A DNA stretch of 64,000 nucleotides from Octopus bimaculoides (taxonomy: Eukaryota): contig NC_068992.1 in assembly GCF_001194135.2 (NCBI RefSeq), positions 6,761,517-6,825,516 on the forward strand, in the 5' to 3' direction. Position 1 is the stretch's first letter, and every line of letters begins with the position of its first letter. Made by a program: the position numbers and the translations under genes. Below the pieces are notes generated by a model that worked only from the letters and a program-made list of their open reading frames with translations, did not search any database and was not told where the DNA came from. This document shows, in pieces, positions 38,987-50,680 of the stretch.

Positions 38987-39659
38987 CATTATTATTATTA
39001 TTACATTGCCTCTCATCCTTTCGGAGTCGGTAAAATTAGTACCAGGTGAACGCTAAATCGATGTGGTCGATTATCGCCACCCCTGAAACAATCATTATTA
39101 TTATTAATAAGAAAAACCACACAAAATCTATGTGAAATTTAGCTACCCAGAGTTTCCTAGCCGGAATATTAAATTTATTTTGGCATTTGAATTTCACCTG
39201 GTATTTGTATGTTATTTTTATTAATAATACCGTTTGGTCTATTGTTGAACCTCATGCCACGAAGTACATGTGTATGTGTTTTCATCAAAACAATTTCCTA
39301 CTTAATTGAATTCATTGTTGATTTATGACTAATGAAAATGTTGTCTTTCTCAAACAAAACTATACGTACCATTACAAAGAATACTCTTGTGGGAATTAGG
39401 TTTCCGCGTATGAAAACCCGGTGGGTACTCACATTTTTATTTCCTCTCATATGAATACACATTTTTTATTATATAACACGTTTGGCTTTGTTTAGAAATA
39501 TAAGTACGTATTTTCATATTTACCTCCAACAAAGGTTTAGACGAAAGTGATAATAATAAATGCGTATTACTCAATTGCTGTTGTTTTATCACCAGATTAG
39601 TTTCTGGTCGAACGGACCAAATGATCAAAGCGTTGCCGCAATAACTATTTTGTCTTCAT

Positions 39660-40047
39660 TGTTGTTATTGGCACTCCGTCGCTTGCGACGTCGAGGGTTC
39701 CAGTTGATCCGATCAACGGAACAGCCTGTTCGTGAAATTAACGTGCAAGTGGCTGAGCACTCCACAGACACGTGCACCCTTAATGTAGTTCTCGGAGATA
39801 TTCAGCGTGACACAGTGTGACAAGGCTGGCCCTTTGAATTACAGGCACAACAGAAACAGGAAGAAAGAGTGAGAGAAAGTTGTGGTGAAAGAGTACAGCA
39901 GGGTTCGCTACCATCCCCTGCCGGAGCCTCTTGGAGCTTTAGGTGTTTTCGCTCAATAAACACTCACAACGCCCAGTCTGGGAACCGAAACTGCGATCGT
40001 ATGACCGCGAGTCCGCTGCTCTAACCACTGGGCCATTGCGCCTCCAC
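39660..40047 (-). mobile_element. Full-length young tRNA-derived SINE with perfect 11-bp TSD
   Basis: TSD TTTGTCTTCAT at 39649-39659 and 40048-40058; A-box TGGCCCAGTGG, B-box-like GTTTCGGTTCC; same family as 20544-20932. Confidence 0.92.
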
Positions 40048-40555
40048 TTTGTCTTCATGTATACACCCAAAAATACATTTCATAATTAAAAACGGTAGGT
40101 TGTGATTAAAGGGAAGATTTGGTTGCTATTTCTAAAAAGTTGTATAATTACTTAGAAGCTGTATCATCAATAAGTTATTAGAAATACGTTTTGTTTGCAG
40201 CAATGGAGTGATTTCTTGCTATAAAAATAATGTCGACGTAGACACAGCGAAACTAGATCCAAGTTTGGACCAAATTCAGTTTCGCTAATCTTGAGCCAGT
40301 ATAAAACAGACTTTTTAGTTTCAAATCTGACACTTGTCGAGCGTAGCATTGGAATTCATTGCTGTACAATTTTCAAAATTGCAAAATACTTCCTCGTATC
40401 TCTGTCTGCCAACATAATTTATCTTATCTCTCGCTCTTTCTCCTCTTTCCCGTTCCCAGTTTATATGCTCTCGTTTAATTTTTCGAATATACTTTAATTT
40501 ATAGCGTTATTTACTAACCCATTTTTACATACATCGAATTATATACATATATTAT

Positions 40556-40928
40556 NNNNNNNNNNNNNNNNNNNNNNNNNNNNNNNNNNNNNNNNNNNNN
40601 NNNNNNNNNNNNNNNNNNNNNNNNNNNNNNNNNNNNNNNNNNNNNNNNNNNNNNNNNNNNNNNNNNNNNNNNNNNNNNNNNNNNNNNNNNNNNNNNNNNN
40701 NNNNNNNNNNNNNNNNNNNNNNNNNNNNNNNNNNNNNNNNNNNNNNNNNNNNNNNNNNNNNNNNNNNNNNNNNNNNNNNNNNNNNNNNNNNNNNNNNNNN
40801 NNNNNNNNNNNNNNNNNNNNNNNNNNNNNNNNNNNNNNNNNNNNNNNNNNNNNNNNNNNNNNNNNNNNNNNNNNNNNNNNNNNNNNNNNNNNNNNNNNNN
40901 NNNNNNNNNNNNNNNNNNNNNNNNNNNN
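40556..40928. other. Assembly gap
   Basis: Run of N flanked by (TA)n. Confidence 1.
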
Positions 40929-41213
40929 ATATATATATATATACATCTCATAATCTCTTCTTTGCCTTAATTTATCTCCATTACACTTTATTATATATAG
41001 TGTCTCCACTTCACTTCCTTCAGATTGTACATGCTGGCCATTAAATATCCTGCTACACTTTCTCTCTCCAGTATGCAATTTTATTTAATGCATATTTCCA
41101 TTGAACGTATTTTATTCACTTTTTCTTTTTTACTTAGTCTATTTTCTTGCATTTATCTGCGTCCCAATTAATCTCCATGTATGAATTTCTGGTTATATAT
41201 TCTATTTATAATA

Positions 41214-41278
<65 letters not shown>

Positions 41279-41711
41279 ATGTATATATTTCTTCATGTTG
41301 TATGATACTTTCAGTTTCCTTCCTTTTCCGATAGGTTTCCTCCTCTTTCATCAGCCTGTTATTTATTTTTTCTGTCCTCCCACATATAACCCTTTCTATC
41401 AATTATTACCCCTGTCATAAACTTTGCATGCTCGTCCAATATCCCCCCATCCCCCACCCTCACTTCCATCCGTCTCAGAAGTTTTCTTTATGGAAACCTA
41501 GTCAGTTCACTGCATTTAAAGAAAAAAAAAAGACAGAAAAATAATAATTCTACATAACAATTTAATAGCAGTCTACGATAATTGTATGCGTTTCTTTTAT
41601 AATCGAATTTTTCTTCCTCTGTAAAATATCTTTTAAACATACAGAGAGTGTACTCAATCATTTAGTGAGAGAGTTACTTCTTCCATATAATGTTTATATC
41701 TGAAAAATGGC

Positions 41712-42098
41712 TCATGAGAAATATAAGGATTTTCGTTTTAAACTGGTATTACTTTCTCTTCGCTGAACAAGTAATATGCTGGCTATATTTCCAAAAGCTC
41801 TATATAAATCTTCTCTCATATTGAAACTGTCTTTTAATATATATTTTCCTAGTAGTAGGTTAATAATCAATACCTTTATGTATCTCAATCGATTACTTTC
41901 TTTAGAAGAGGAAACAATCAGATAATTTGAATGTTGGCGTAAATGGTGAGGAAATTTTCTAGAATAATATAAAATTGATCTTTCACATTGTAGATTCTCA
42001 AAAGTCCACAGTTTAAGAGGATTTTGTTGTTTCAATGCAAACATTATGTAAACTAGAGGGTCCAAATTGTCTATTGAATAGATTTTCTGAATGTTATC
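41712..42098 (-). CDS. Candidate coding exon (128 codons, or 75 codons to an internal donor), unknown protein
   Basis: Frame opens right after aagcttttag| : DNIQKIYSIDNLDPLVYIMFALKQQNPLKLWTFENLQCERSILYYSRKFPHHLRQHSNYLIVSSSKESNRLRYIK (AAG|GTATTG at 41874/41873), then VLIINLLLGKY...KSLYFS*. Long for such AT-rich, non-repetitive DNA. Confidence 0.45.
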   Translation of the reverse strand, partial: DNIQKIYSIDNLDPLVYIMFALKQQNPLKLWTFENLQCERSILYYSRKFPHHLRQHSNYLIVSSSKESNRLRYIKVLIINLLLGKYILKDSFNMREDLYRAFGNIASILLVQRRESNTSLKRKSLYFS

Positions 42099-42828
42099 CT
42101 AAAAGCTTTATTTATTTTATTTACAAAAATATAATAAGTTTCCACTGAGACATCACAATTCAGAAATAGTACTTTTAATGGTTAATTAGAATATTTTACA
42201 TCATAAAATCCATTTCTGTATTCTGTCTCTTGATAAACTGTAGTGTTATAACCAAAATCCACCTATTGCGTCAACTTCTCTTAATTGAACTCAGGTGTCG
42301 AGTATCGTACAGCAAAAAGAAATGCCTTCCAATATCCTGGTTTCAATTCTCAATCAACATCAAGAATGTCCTTATATTTTTTTTATCCTAGTTTACATAT
42401 AGGGTTGTTGTTTTTTTTATCTTGTCAAAGCAAAATAAATCTTATAAATTTCATGAAACGTTACCCCAATCTTTATATTCCCCCAAAGGGAGATTTCAAA
42501 TTATTGAAAATATACCTGGACGTTTGAGAATTGTACAAATTAAGTACAACATTTGCAAACCCCAACAGCAGATTTTAAATCAATTTGCTATCCTTCTTTT
42601 ATTTTCTAAAGTTTAGATAAACCTGACATTCCCGTCCTTTTTAGACTTAAGTCGATTTATCCGACTTTACCTCGGTCTCAGCAAATATTTTTGAAAGCGT
42701 AAAAATTAAGAAACAAACACTTGAACATTACTACAGGATTGAAAAATCAAATAAAATACGAGTGAAAATATGTACAAACCATTTATTAAAACAGATATAT
42801 CTTAATAGTTTTAAAACAGTTTTTCGTA

Positions 42829-42973
42829 CAATGGTTCTCAACCTTTTCATTACCAAGGATCTCTTCTATTTAAATGAATTTTCCCACGGACCCAGAATAT
42901 TGGAAAGGCTGTCAGCTTAACATGTTTGCGGACTCCAGTACTACCTTTGTGGACCACATGTTCGGAACCATTG
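42829..42973. mobile_element. hAT/Charlie-type MITE
   Basis: CAATGGTTCTCAAC ... GTTCGGAACCATTG; right flank GTCTACAA resembles the Charlie NTCTAGAN target; left TSD not matched. Confidence 0.65.
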
Positions 42974-43640
42974 GTCTACAATATCGTTTTCCGAGTTAAA
43001 TCGCATATCTTGAAACCAGTTACCGACATATTCGCCTTAACGATCTCCTTTCATAACCTTCGACACATATTTTGATATTCGTCCTTCTGGGACCGATTGA
43101 AAGAAGTAACTGTCAAGTATTGGGGTGATTTAATACTTGCATAGAGCGTGTAAGATTTGAATAGAATTATATTTTTAAAAAAACGGTAAACAAAGGTATA
43201 GGCATAGAACCTGTAACGATCAGGGTTTTTGAGGAGCGATGTGTGTTAAGGTGCAACGTCGTGATCGCCAGTTTGTAACGATAAAGGGTTTTTGGCTATA
43301 GTGGATCAGATCCACTTCATGCATGCAAGATCCACTACAAACCATTAACAGGATGTGAACACACAAGCCTGTTGAATCCAAAGAGTCAGAACTGAAACAT
43401 CCGTGTATGCAGGGGTTTTTCACAAATGCTCAATTAATTAATAACTTCATCAACTGTAAAATTAGTTTGTTTACAGCAGATAAAATCAATGATTTCATCA
43501 ACTGCTATGCAATGTAAACCACATCAATCGTAACACTGACAACATTCCACAATGTCATGATTAATTCTTGCGACGCTATCAACTACGTGAGATTATTATT
43601 TTCATTGCTGTGGTTGTTGTTATTGTTGTTGTTGTTAAAT

Positions 43641-43843
43641 GGCGAGCTGGCAGAATCATTAGCACGCCGCACAAAATGCTTAGCAACATTTTGTCCGTCT
43701 TTACGTCCTGAGTTCAAATTTCGTCAAGGTCGACTTTACCTTTCATTCTTTTGGGGGGTCGATAAAATAAGTACCAGTTGAGGACTGGAGTCTATGTAAT
43801 CGACTCACCCCTCCCACCACCACCACCCCGCCTAAATTGCTAA
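43641..43843 (+). mobile_element. tRNA-derived SINE (GGCAGAATCGTTAGCAC family) preceded by (GTT/ATT)n
   Basis: ggcgagctggcagaatcattagcacgccgc...gagttcaaatttcgtcaaggtcgactttacc... Confidence 0.85.
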
Positions 43844-43844
43844 C

Positions 43845-43906
43845 CTCAGAGTCCGAGAGTTTCCTGCGTTAATAAGCGTTAATGCACGAAACTCTCGGAC
43901 CTTGAG
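43845..43906. other. 62-nt near-perfect hairpin (28-bp stem, 6-nt loop)
   Basis: CTCAGAGTCCGAGAGTTTCCTGCGTTAA-TAAGCG-TTAATGCACGAAACTCTCGGACCTTGAG. Confidence 0.85.
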
Positions 43907-43994
43907 TCACCCTGTTGCTTCTGCTACATATTGATAAAAATATACATGTATTCATATATTGAGTTCTATTTTCCTGTCTGCATCACCATACCTT

Positions 43995-44150
43995 GTGTGG
44001 TAAGTAGCTTGCTTACCAACCACATGTTTCCGGGTTCAGTCCCACTGCGTGGTACCTTGGGCAAGTGTCTTCTACTATAGCCACGGGCCGACCAAAGCCT
44101 TGTGAGTGGATTTGGTAGACGGAAACTGAAAGAAGCCCGTCGTATATATG

Positions 44151-44181
<31 letters not shown>

Positions 44182-44386
44182 ATATGTTTGTGTGTTTGTC
44201 CCCCACAACATCGCTTGACAACCGATGCTGATGTGTTTACGTCCCCGTAACTTAGCGGTTTGGCAAAAAGAGACCGATAGAATAAGTACTAGGCTTCCAA
44301 AGAATAAGTCCTGGGATCAATTTGCTCGACTAAAGGCAGTGCTCCAGCATGGCCACAGTCAAATGACTGAAACAAGTAAAAGAGTA
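43995..44386 (+). mobile_element. CORE-type SINE, CpG-intact copy
   Basis: B-box-like GGGTTCAGTCC, CORE-like ACCTTGGGCAAGTGTCTT, internal (TA)/(TG), tail gactgaaacaagtaaaagagta. Confidence 0.88.
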
Positions 44387-44427
44387 ATAAATATACATAC
44401 ACAAACATACATACGTGCATGTGTATG

Positions 44428-44458
<31 letters not shown>

Positions 44459-45573
44459 TAAATAACTAATAGGGTGCAGGATAGACCAAAAATTGTTTTA
44501 CCATTATATAAAACATACATATGTAATGGTAACACCTTTTTTGTTTCACTGTGTGAGTATATTGTGTTTACTCCTTCAACATGCACACAGCTGTGTGCGT
44601 GTGTATGCATATACTGATGTATATACATATATACATAATCTTATGCACACATATACATGCACATTTTCTAACTTTTTTTTTCCTAAACCACACATATCAC
44701 AAAAATATGCAAGGTACTTAGGTTTACATACATGCATACATTCCTGGATATACATAAGATAAAGAAGAAAAAAAATTACATACATGTAAACATTTCTTCC
44801 TAAGTAAATATACACAGATGTGCAGGAATATGTGTGTTAGTGGGTGTAGATAATCATGTAAGAAGGAGAAAAAGAAAGAAAAGAAGAAGAAGAAACTTCA
44901 TCTTTCTACTTATAGCAACGACTAATGAAATAGAAAGATAACTGTCCATATAAACAGGTGTTAAGCACATCATCTCTGCTTATTTTTCTTTCTTAGTTCA
45001 GTCAGTTTAGTCAGCTTGTTTGAGAGAGAAACATGTGTGACATCTCTGTTGAATCTACATTACTAGACAGAATGTTTTAAGTACAGATTTAAAAAAAAAA
45101 AACATTTCTGGGATCTAGCAACCAACATGGAATGAGCTGAAGGAAACTTTGTCATTGGGGTGAGGGAGTGGGGCTCTTGCAGTGGAATTTTGCTCACTTT
45201 CAAATTGTTATTTTGTTATATACCATTATATCCTGAGTTCAAATTCTTTCCTATTTGGCTTTAACTTATCATCCAGTCTGGGTCAAACTTGTGAAATAAT
45301 GGTTTGATTGAATTGACTATTATACCTCATTGTGTGTGTGAAGAAAAGAAAAAGAAGGGTTGGCAACAACAAGAACATCCATCTGCAGAATATTGCCTCA
45401 ATTGCTTACTGTCATCCAACCCATGCTAATATGGAAAAATTCTGATGGTAATGTGCATGTGTGTATCTATGCTTGAATGTTAATCTATGAGTGTTATAGT
45501 TCAACTGCTTCTCAATTCCAAATTAATAGATAGAATGATGAATGTGTGTGTGTGTATGTATGTATGTATACAT

Positions 45574-45609
<36 letters not shown>

Positions 45610-46190
45610 GGGTGTGTGTAAGTATGTATATAACTGTCTTGATATTTTTATTGAAATATTGTATTAAACTTATGATTTACAATCGCACCATGTGACATGT
45701 TAATTATTGATCTCTCAGTTTAACACACAGAAATGTGTAGTCGATAAAAGTTGAATTTATTTTATCATCATTTAATTGCTGTAAGTAAATATTAATTTAC
45801 CGTTAGCAAAACAATCTTTTTCTTTAGATTAGATTTTTCTTTTGTTTCTTTTTTAATATTTAAGCAAATCAATTTTGAATAAGGATAAAACAATTTCAGC
45901 CATAAGTCTTGATTGAAATATTCGTTATCTTTTTTCATATCAGAAACATTTTCATGACACATACTTATGTATATATATATACATATTTGTATATAGGTGT
46001 ATATGTGTATAAATAATATATATATAGTGTACACACAGATATATATATATATATATATATATGTATGAATATTTACACACATATACATAATGAAAATATG
46101 AGTACACTTCATATTGTTTGTGATAACAATTGCAATTTACTGTATGGATACATATATTTGTGTATGTTTATACGTATGACTGTATATAAA

Positions 46191-46226
46191 TGTTTGATTT
46201 TATTTCTATCTTATTTTCAGGTAAGT
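46191..46226 (+). promoter_or_regulatory. Recursive-splice-like site (acceptor fused to donor)
   Basis: ttttatttctatcttattttCAG|GTAAGT at 46220/46221; upstream sequence is intron-like. Confidence 0.4.
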
Positions 46227-47143
46227 CCATATCTTACGGCATTATTGTACAAAGAATATTAGATAAGGTAAATGAAATTTTTCTTTTACTTCTTTGTTAG
46301 TAATGAAAAGAAAATACCATCCATTTCACAAATATATTTCTCAGATATATATTTCAATATCTTGTTATCTTTTTTCTTGATAGATACAAATATGTACTGA
46401 TGGTCCGTGTGTGTGTGTGTAGATGCCTATGCTTATATGTGAAACCATTTCTTGACATATGCATATATGTTTTGAATAGGTGTATGCATGTGCATATGTG
46501 TATATGTGTATGAGAGAGAATGCATGTGTTCCGAGATTAAATTGCTACATATATTATACATATATTCTATTTATTTTACCTTCAAATTTTCACAATAAAG
46601 ATTTGAAGCTGGTTAACTGAGAAATCAATCTTTATCATTGAAACTTAGGCACCAATAACTGCTTATAATCATATGAACTTTTATAATATCTTTCATATTT
46701 TTACTGTGCTAATTTTGAGATTGGTTTTACAGACTTCACAGTCCTGTTTTTATCTTTCTCAGATTACTTCAACTATGCAATGGTACTATCTTACATTTGG
46801 CAGCATAACCAATTTCACAATTAATTATGAGCTCAATGTGACCCTATAATCAGAATATGAGAATAAAAATGTTTTGTTCTAAAACAATTACCCATTCTCT
46901 TAATAAAATATTGATAATAAAATATTGATAATAAAATATTCCTCCTCTGTAGGCCAGCTGACTTCTCATGTTAGTGCATGGTTCATTTTTATGTCTTAAT
47001 CATCAGTTGTTTAGGCACAATTCAGCACTGATGAATTTTGCACTTTCGATAACAAGTTTTTTTTAAAGATTTTTTATTAGAGTGCCAACATATTAACTCA
47101 TTCCCAATACATTATATCACTCACATATTTTTATTTCATTTAA

Positions 47144-47360
47144 CCCTTTAACATTTAAATCTGCTATATCAAGCCAAAACATTCAACTTGCTTTATGTTC
47201 AAACCAGCTTGATCTTGCCTCTCCCACCTACTTACAATATCATTCTAAAAACAGAACAATCACATCATCAAAATCTTAAAACTATGAGATAATGCATGGT
47301 TAATTAAAAATATTTACATGCAAGTTGAAACGTATTTTCAATGATCAATGATCATTAAAC
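47144..47360. mobile_element. piggyBac-type (TTAA) MITE, right end decayed
   Basis: TTAA|CCCTTTAACATTTAAA...; colinear with 60310-60529. Confidence 0.65.
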
Positions 47361-47873
47361 ATTGTTTTTTTTTAAATTTGAAAATCTTTTGAGAACTGTA
47401 GACAATAAAACAACTTGTATTCGAGAGTACAATTGTTCCTGTTCCTTAATACTATCAAACTCTATACCATTTTACCCAGTTAGACATGATTTACCTGCTT
47501 CTCATCATTCCATCATCCCTACTCCTTCTCACCTGCCAAGCCCCAACATCAAAAATACTACTATCTAATCTTTATTCTCAAATGGCCATTTTACTAGAAC
47601 TGTCTCTCTTTTCCTTGCAGGGAACAAAATACAGAAAAACAAATTGTATATCAACATCATTGTCTTGATCAGTCTAGTGGCATCAAAGGAGTTTGAATTT
47701 TATGGGCACCACTTCTTCTCTTGGAGTCTAAAATATTTTAAAATTGACTCTGAGTAAAGTGGAGATCAGACTAAGAGGCCCATCACACATTCTATTGTTT
47801 TCTTACACTCAAGAGAAAAGATGATGCAATTGTTCAAATGTCATTTTAGTTAGATACAAGTTAGATTTGGAGG

Positions 47874-48127
47874 CATCATCATCATCATCGTTTGACATCT
47901 GCCTTCCATGCTAGCATGGGTTGGATGATTTGACTGAGGACTGGTGGACCAGGTGGCTACACCAGACTCCAATCTGATCTGGCAGAGTTTCTACAGCTGG
48001 ATGCCCTTCCTAACGCCAACCACTCCGTGAGTGTAGTGGGTGCTTTTACATGCCACCGGCACAAGGGCCAGTCTGGCAGTACTGGCAATGGCCACGCTCA
48101 AATGGTATTTTTACGTGCCACCTGCAC
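47874..48127 (-). mobile_element. (GAT)n-tailed retroposon (SINE/LINE 3' part), 5'-truncated
   Basis: catcatcatcatcatcgtttgac...gatgcccttcctaacgccaacc...; inverted relative to 54130-54521. Confidence 0.8.
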
Positions 48128-48173
48128 TGAACAATTTGTGTCTTGATATGAACATTTTTAAACCAGAAATTAT

Positions 48174-48591
48174 TCAGTATTGAAGTGTAGTTGAATAATG
48201 ACATTTTTGCTTTTGATGAAACATGATTGAAGCTCTCTTTGATTGAAGATCTCTTTGTGATTGTGTCATCTGTAAATCTATTTGATTATCAAGCATGATT
48301 CCTGAAGGTGACAGAAAACAACGAGTAATATGAAACGCAGATTTCATGTCACTGGAAACACTTTATAATAATAAATCTGAAGGAAAACTGATCGTTAGTA
48401 AATCATTGTTATTGCTATTTATATTGTTTGATTATATACGTGGAACATGTTTAAGCTATTGTGCATAACTACTGTCAGCAAGTTGAAATTTAGTAATATC
48501 ACCAATCCAGAAGCTTCCAATACACTTGCTTGTCTACCATACAACTCATGGGATGCCTGTACCCTGGAGAGGAAACTCCAGTGTACCTTCA
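48174..48591 (-). CDS. Cluster of candidate exons around a 63-nt intron with TACTAAC branch point
   Basis: 48591-48440 open (KVHWSFLSRVQASHELYGRQ...SLNMFH)|GTATAT..TACTAAC..ttttccttcag|IYYYKVFPVT*; alternative strong acceptor at 48302 opens IMLDNQIDLQMTQSQRDLQSKRASIMFHQKQKCHYSTTLQY*. Protein not recognised. Confidence 0.25.
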
Positions 48592-48628
48592 CTGGGCTCT
48601 CACAACACAAAGAAAATAAATCTTTCCA

Positions 48629-49048
48629 GGCGTAGGAGTGGCTGTCTGGTAAGTAGCTTGCTTACCAACCACATGGTGCCGGGTTCAGTCCCACTGCGTG
48701 GCACCTTGGGCAAGTGTCTTCTACTATAGCCTCAGGCTAACCAAAGCCTTGTGAATGGATTTGGTAGACAGAAACTGAAAGAAGCCCGTCGTATATATGT
48801 ATATATATATATGTGTGTGTGTGTGTGTATGTTTGTATGTGTGTCTGTGTTTGTTCCCCCAACATCGCTTGACAACCGATGCTGGTGTGTTTACATCCAC
48901 ATAACTTAGCAGTTCAGCAAAAGAGAACAATAGAATAAGTACTAGGCTTACAAAGAATAAGTCTTGGGGGTCGATTTTGCTCGACTAAAGGTGGTACTCC
49001 AGCATGGCCACAGTCAAATGACTGAAACAAGTAAATGAGTAAAGAGTT
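48629..49048 (+). mobile_element. CORE-type SINE, partly CpG-decayed copy
   Basis: Colinear with 43995-44386, with CG>CA/TA changes (cgggccgacc>caggctaacc, gacgga>gacaga, acgtccccgt>acatccacat, agcgg>agcag). Confidence 0.88.
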
Positions 49049-50149
49049 ACAGACCTATGATCTTGTGAAATGCACAGATGCCAAAGACGATTACTTTGAG
49101 ACTGTTGTTATTGATTAAAGAGAGGGGGGGGGTTTACTAGCTATCTCATTAGTAATTCATCAGCAGATTTCATCATTGTTGCTGTTATTGACATTCACTA
49201 ACAATCAGTGAGGGAGGTTCTACATGGTTGCTTAATCTATTAGAAATAACAGCCAAATCCTTCTCAAATCATATCCTTATATCTTAGTAAGGGAAAGGCG
49301 CATAAGATAATGTGGTTCACTGTGCTTGTCATCCAGATTCATTGAAGTTTGGTGAAAAAGAGATTTATTGGTCTGCCTGCTCAAGCCGACCTGGGGCTAA
49401 ACAACAGAACAACAGCAGTAACTGAATTTCCAGCTTCTAACTTGGGTTTAGTATTCTGAATTTCTGGTGTTCATTTTATCTCTCTTTCATATTCTTTCAC
49501 TGAAAATGAAATTACTTATGATACAACATTCAGTAAACAAGAAAAAATGTTGTTATATTGGTATATGTGCGTGGTGGGGGGGTGGGGGGATGTGAGAACA
49601 GAATTTAAAAAATAGTAAAAAAACAGAATTTGGTACCAATACTGAGAAAATATAAAAGAATGCATAAATAAATATATGTGTGTGTGTGTGTGTATCTAAG
49701 ATGAAGAATATTTGAAAATTGACAACTAAATATAAGGATCCTGTCTCCTTATTCCTTCATTGATTGGACTATGATTCCAGAGTAAGAAATTTTAGCTCAA
49801 GCATGCTTCTGAAACACTCTGACGCCAAATTTGCTTCATGCTTGTAGACATTAAACTTCTCTTCACTCTTAGTTTATTGACAATTATTTATGTTCCTTTT
49901 TCTAATTTTTTTATGAATTGCTTTCTTCCTCTTTACTTTCTAATATAATTTGTTCTTATTTGTTTCAAATGTAAAGATATCCCATCGAAGATAAAAATTA
50001 TTAATTTACCAAGTTTAAATGAAAATAAAAACAAATGAAAAAAGTATGCTGTAATATAGAAAAAATTAAAGCTAATTTAAGATAAATAAATGAGCAGAGG
50101 TAGAAAAAAATAGAGAAGTAGAGAAATAAAATATATGGTGAGTGAGGGG

Positions 50150-50680
50150 AAGGATCTAAAAATTCTGACCCAGAGGATATAGATGATTGAATTGAGCAAC
50201 AAAGAAAATATCTGAGGGTAAGATAGAACTCCAGACAAACCCTTCCACCAATCCACTGTGAAAGAAAATGTTTGAAATTGAAAGAGATAGTGAGATGCCT
50301 TCTGATGTTTCTGGCTACGAAAATTAGATTACAACTCGGAGCCTAAAAATCTGTAAATCAGAAGTATATTGAAATTTATTGATTATCTTTTGACGATAAG
50401 TTTACCAATCAATAACCACTGCATTAAATTAATTATAACCCGTCCAGTGACGAACAGTATCGATCTGAAATGTTTATAAGTCTGGCTCCATTAAGTGATG
50501 TTGGATATAATATCAAAGCAAAAAGAATGATTATAGGAAACTAAATCTTCCAAATCTTAGCATTTGAAATCATGCAAAATAACTAACCTAGTGTTGCTTG
50601 TGAAATGAACTACAATAACACAAGTCAGACATTTATTGATGAACAGCGAGACATATCTTCACCTGGATGTGTCATCGGTA
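50150..50680 (+). mobile_element. Possible highly decayed LINE RT fragment
   Basis: Broken frames include RPVTNSIDLKCL (YRPIS-like) and TYLHLD (..FLD-like); locally more CpG than the flanks. Weak. Confidence 0.25.

Noticed and set aside
49471-49499. Minus-strand mini terminal exon KEYEREIK*
   Set aside because: Good acceptor but only 9 codons; indistinguishable from chance and incompatible as a terminal exon with other candidates.
50160-50255. Minus-strand exon DWWKGLSG... (SH3-like)
   Set aside because: It lacks the rest of an SH3 motif, the donor is weak and the plus strand looks more like a decayed LINE.
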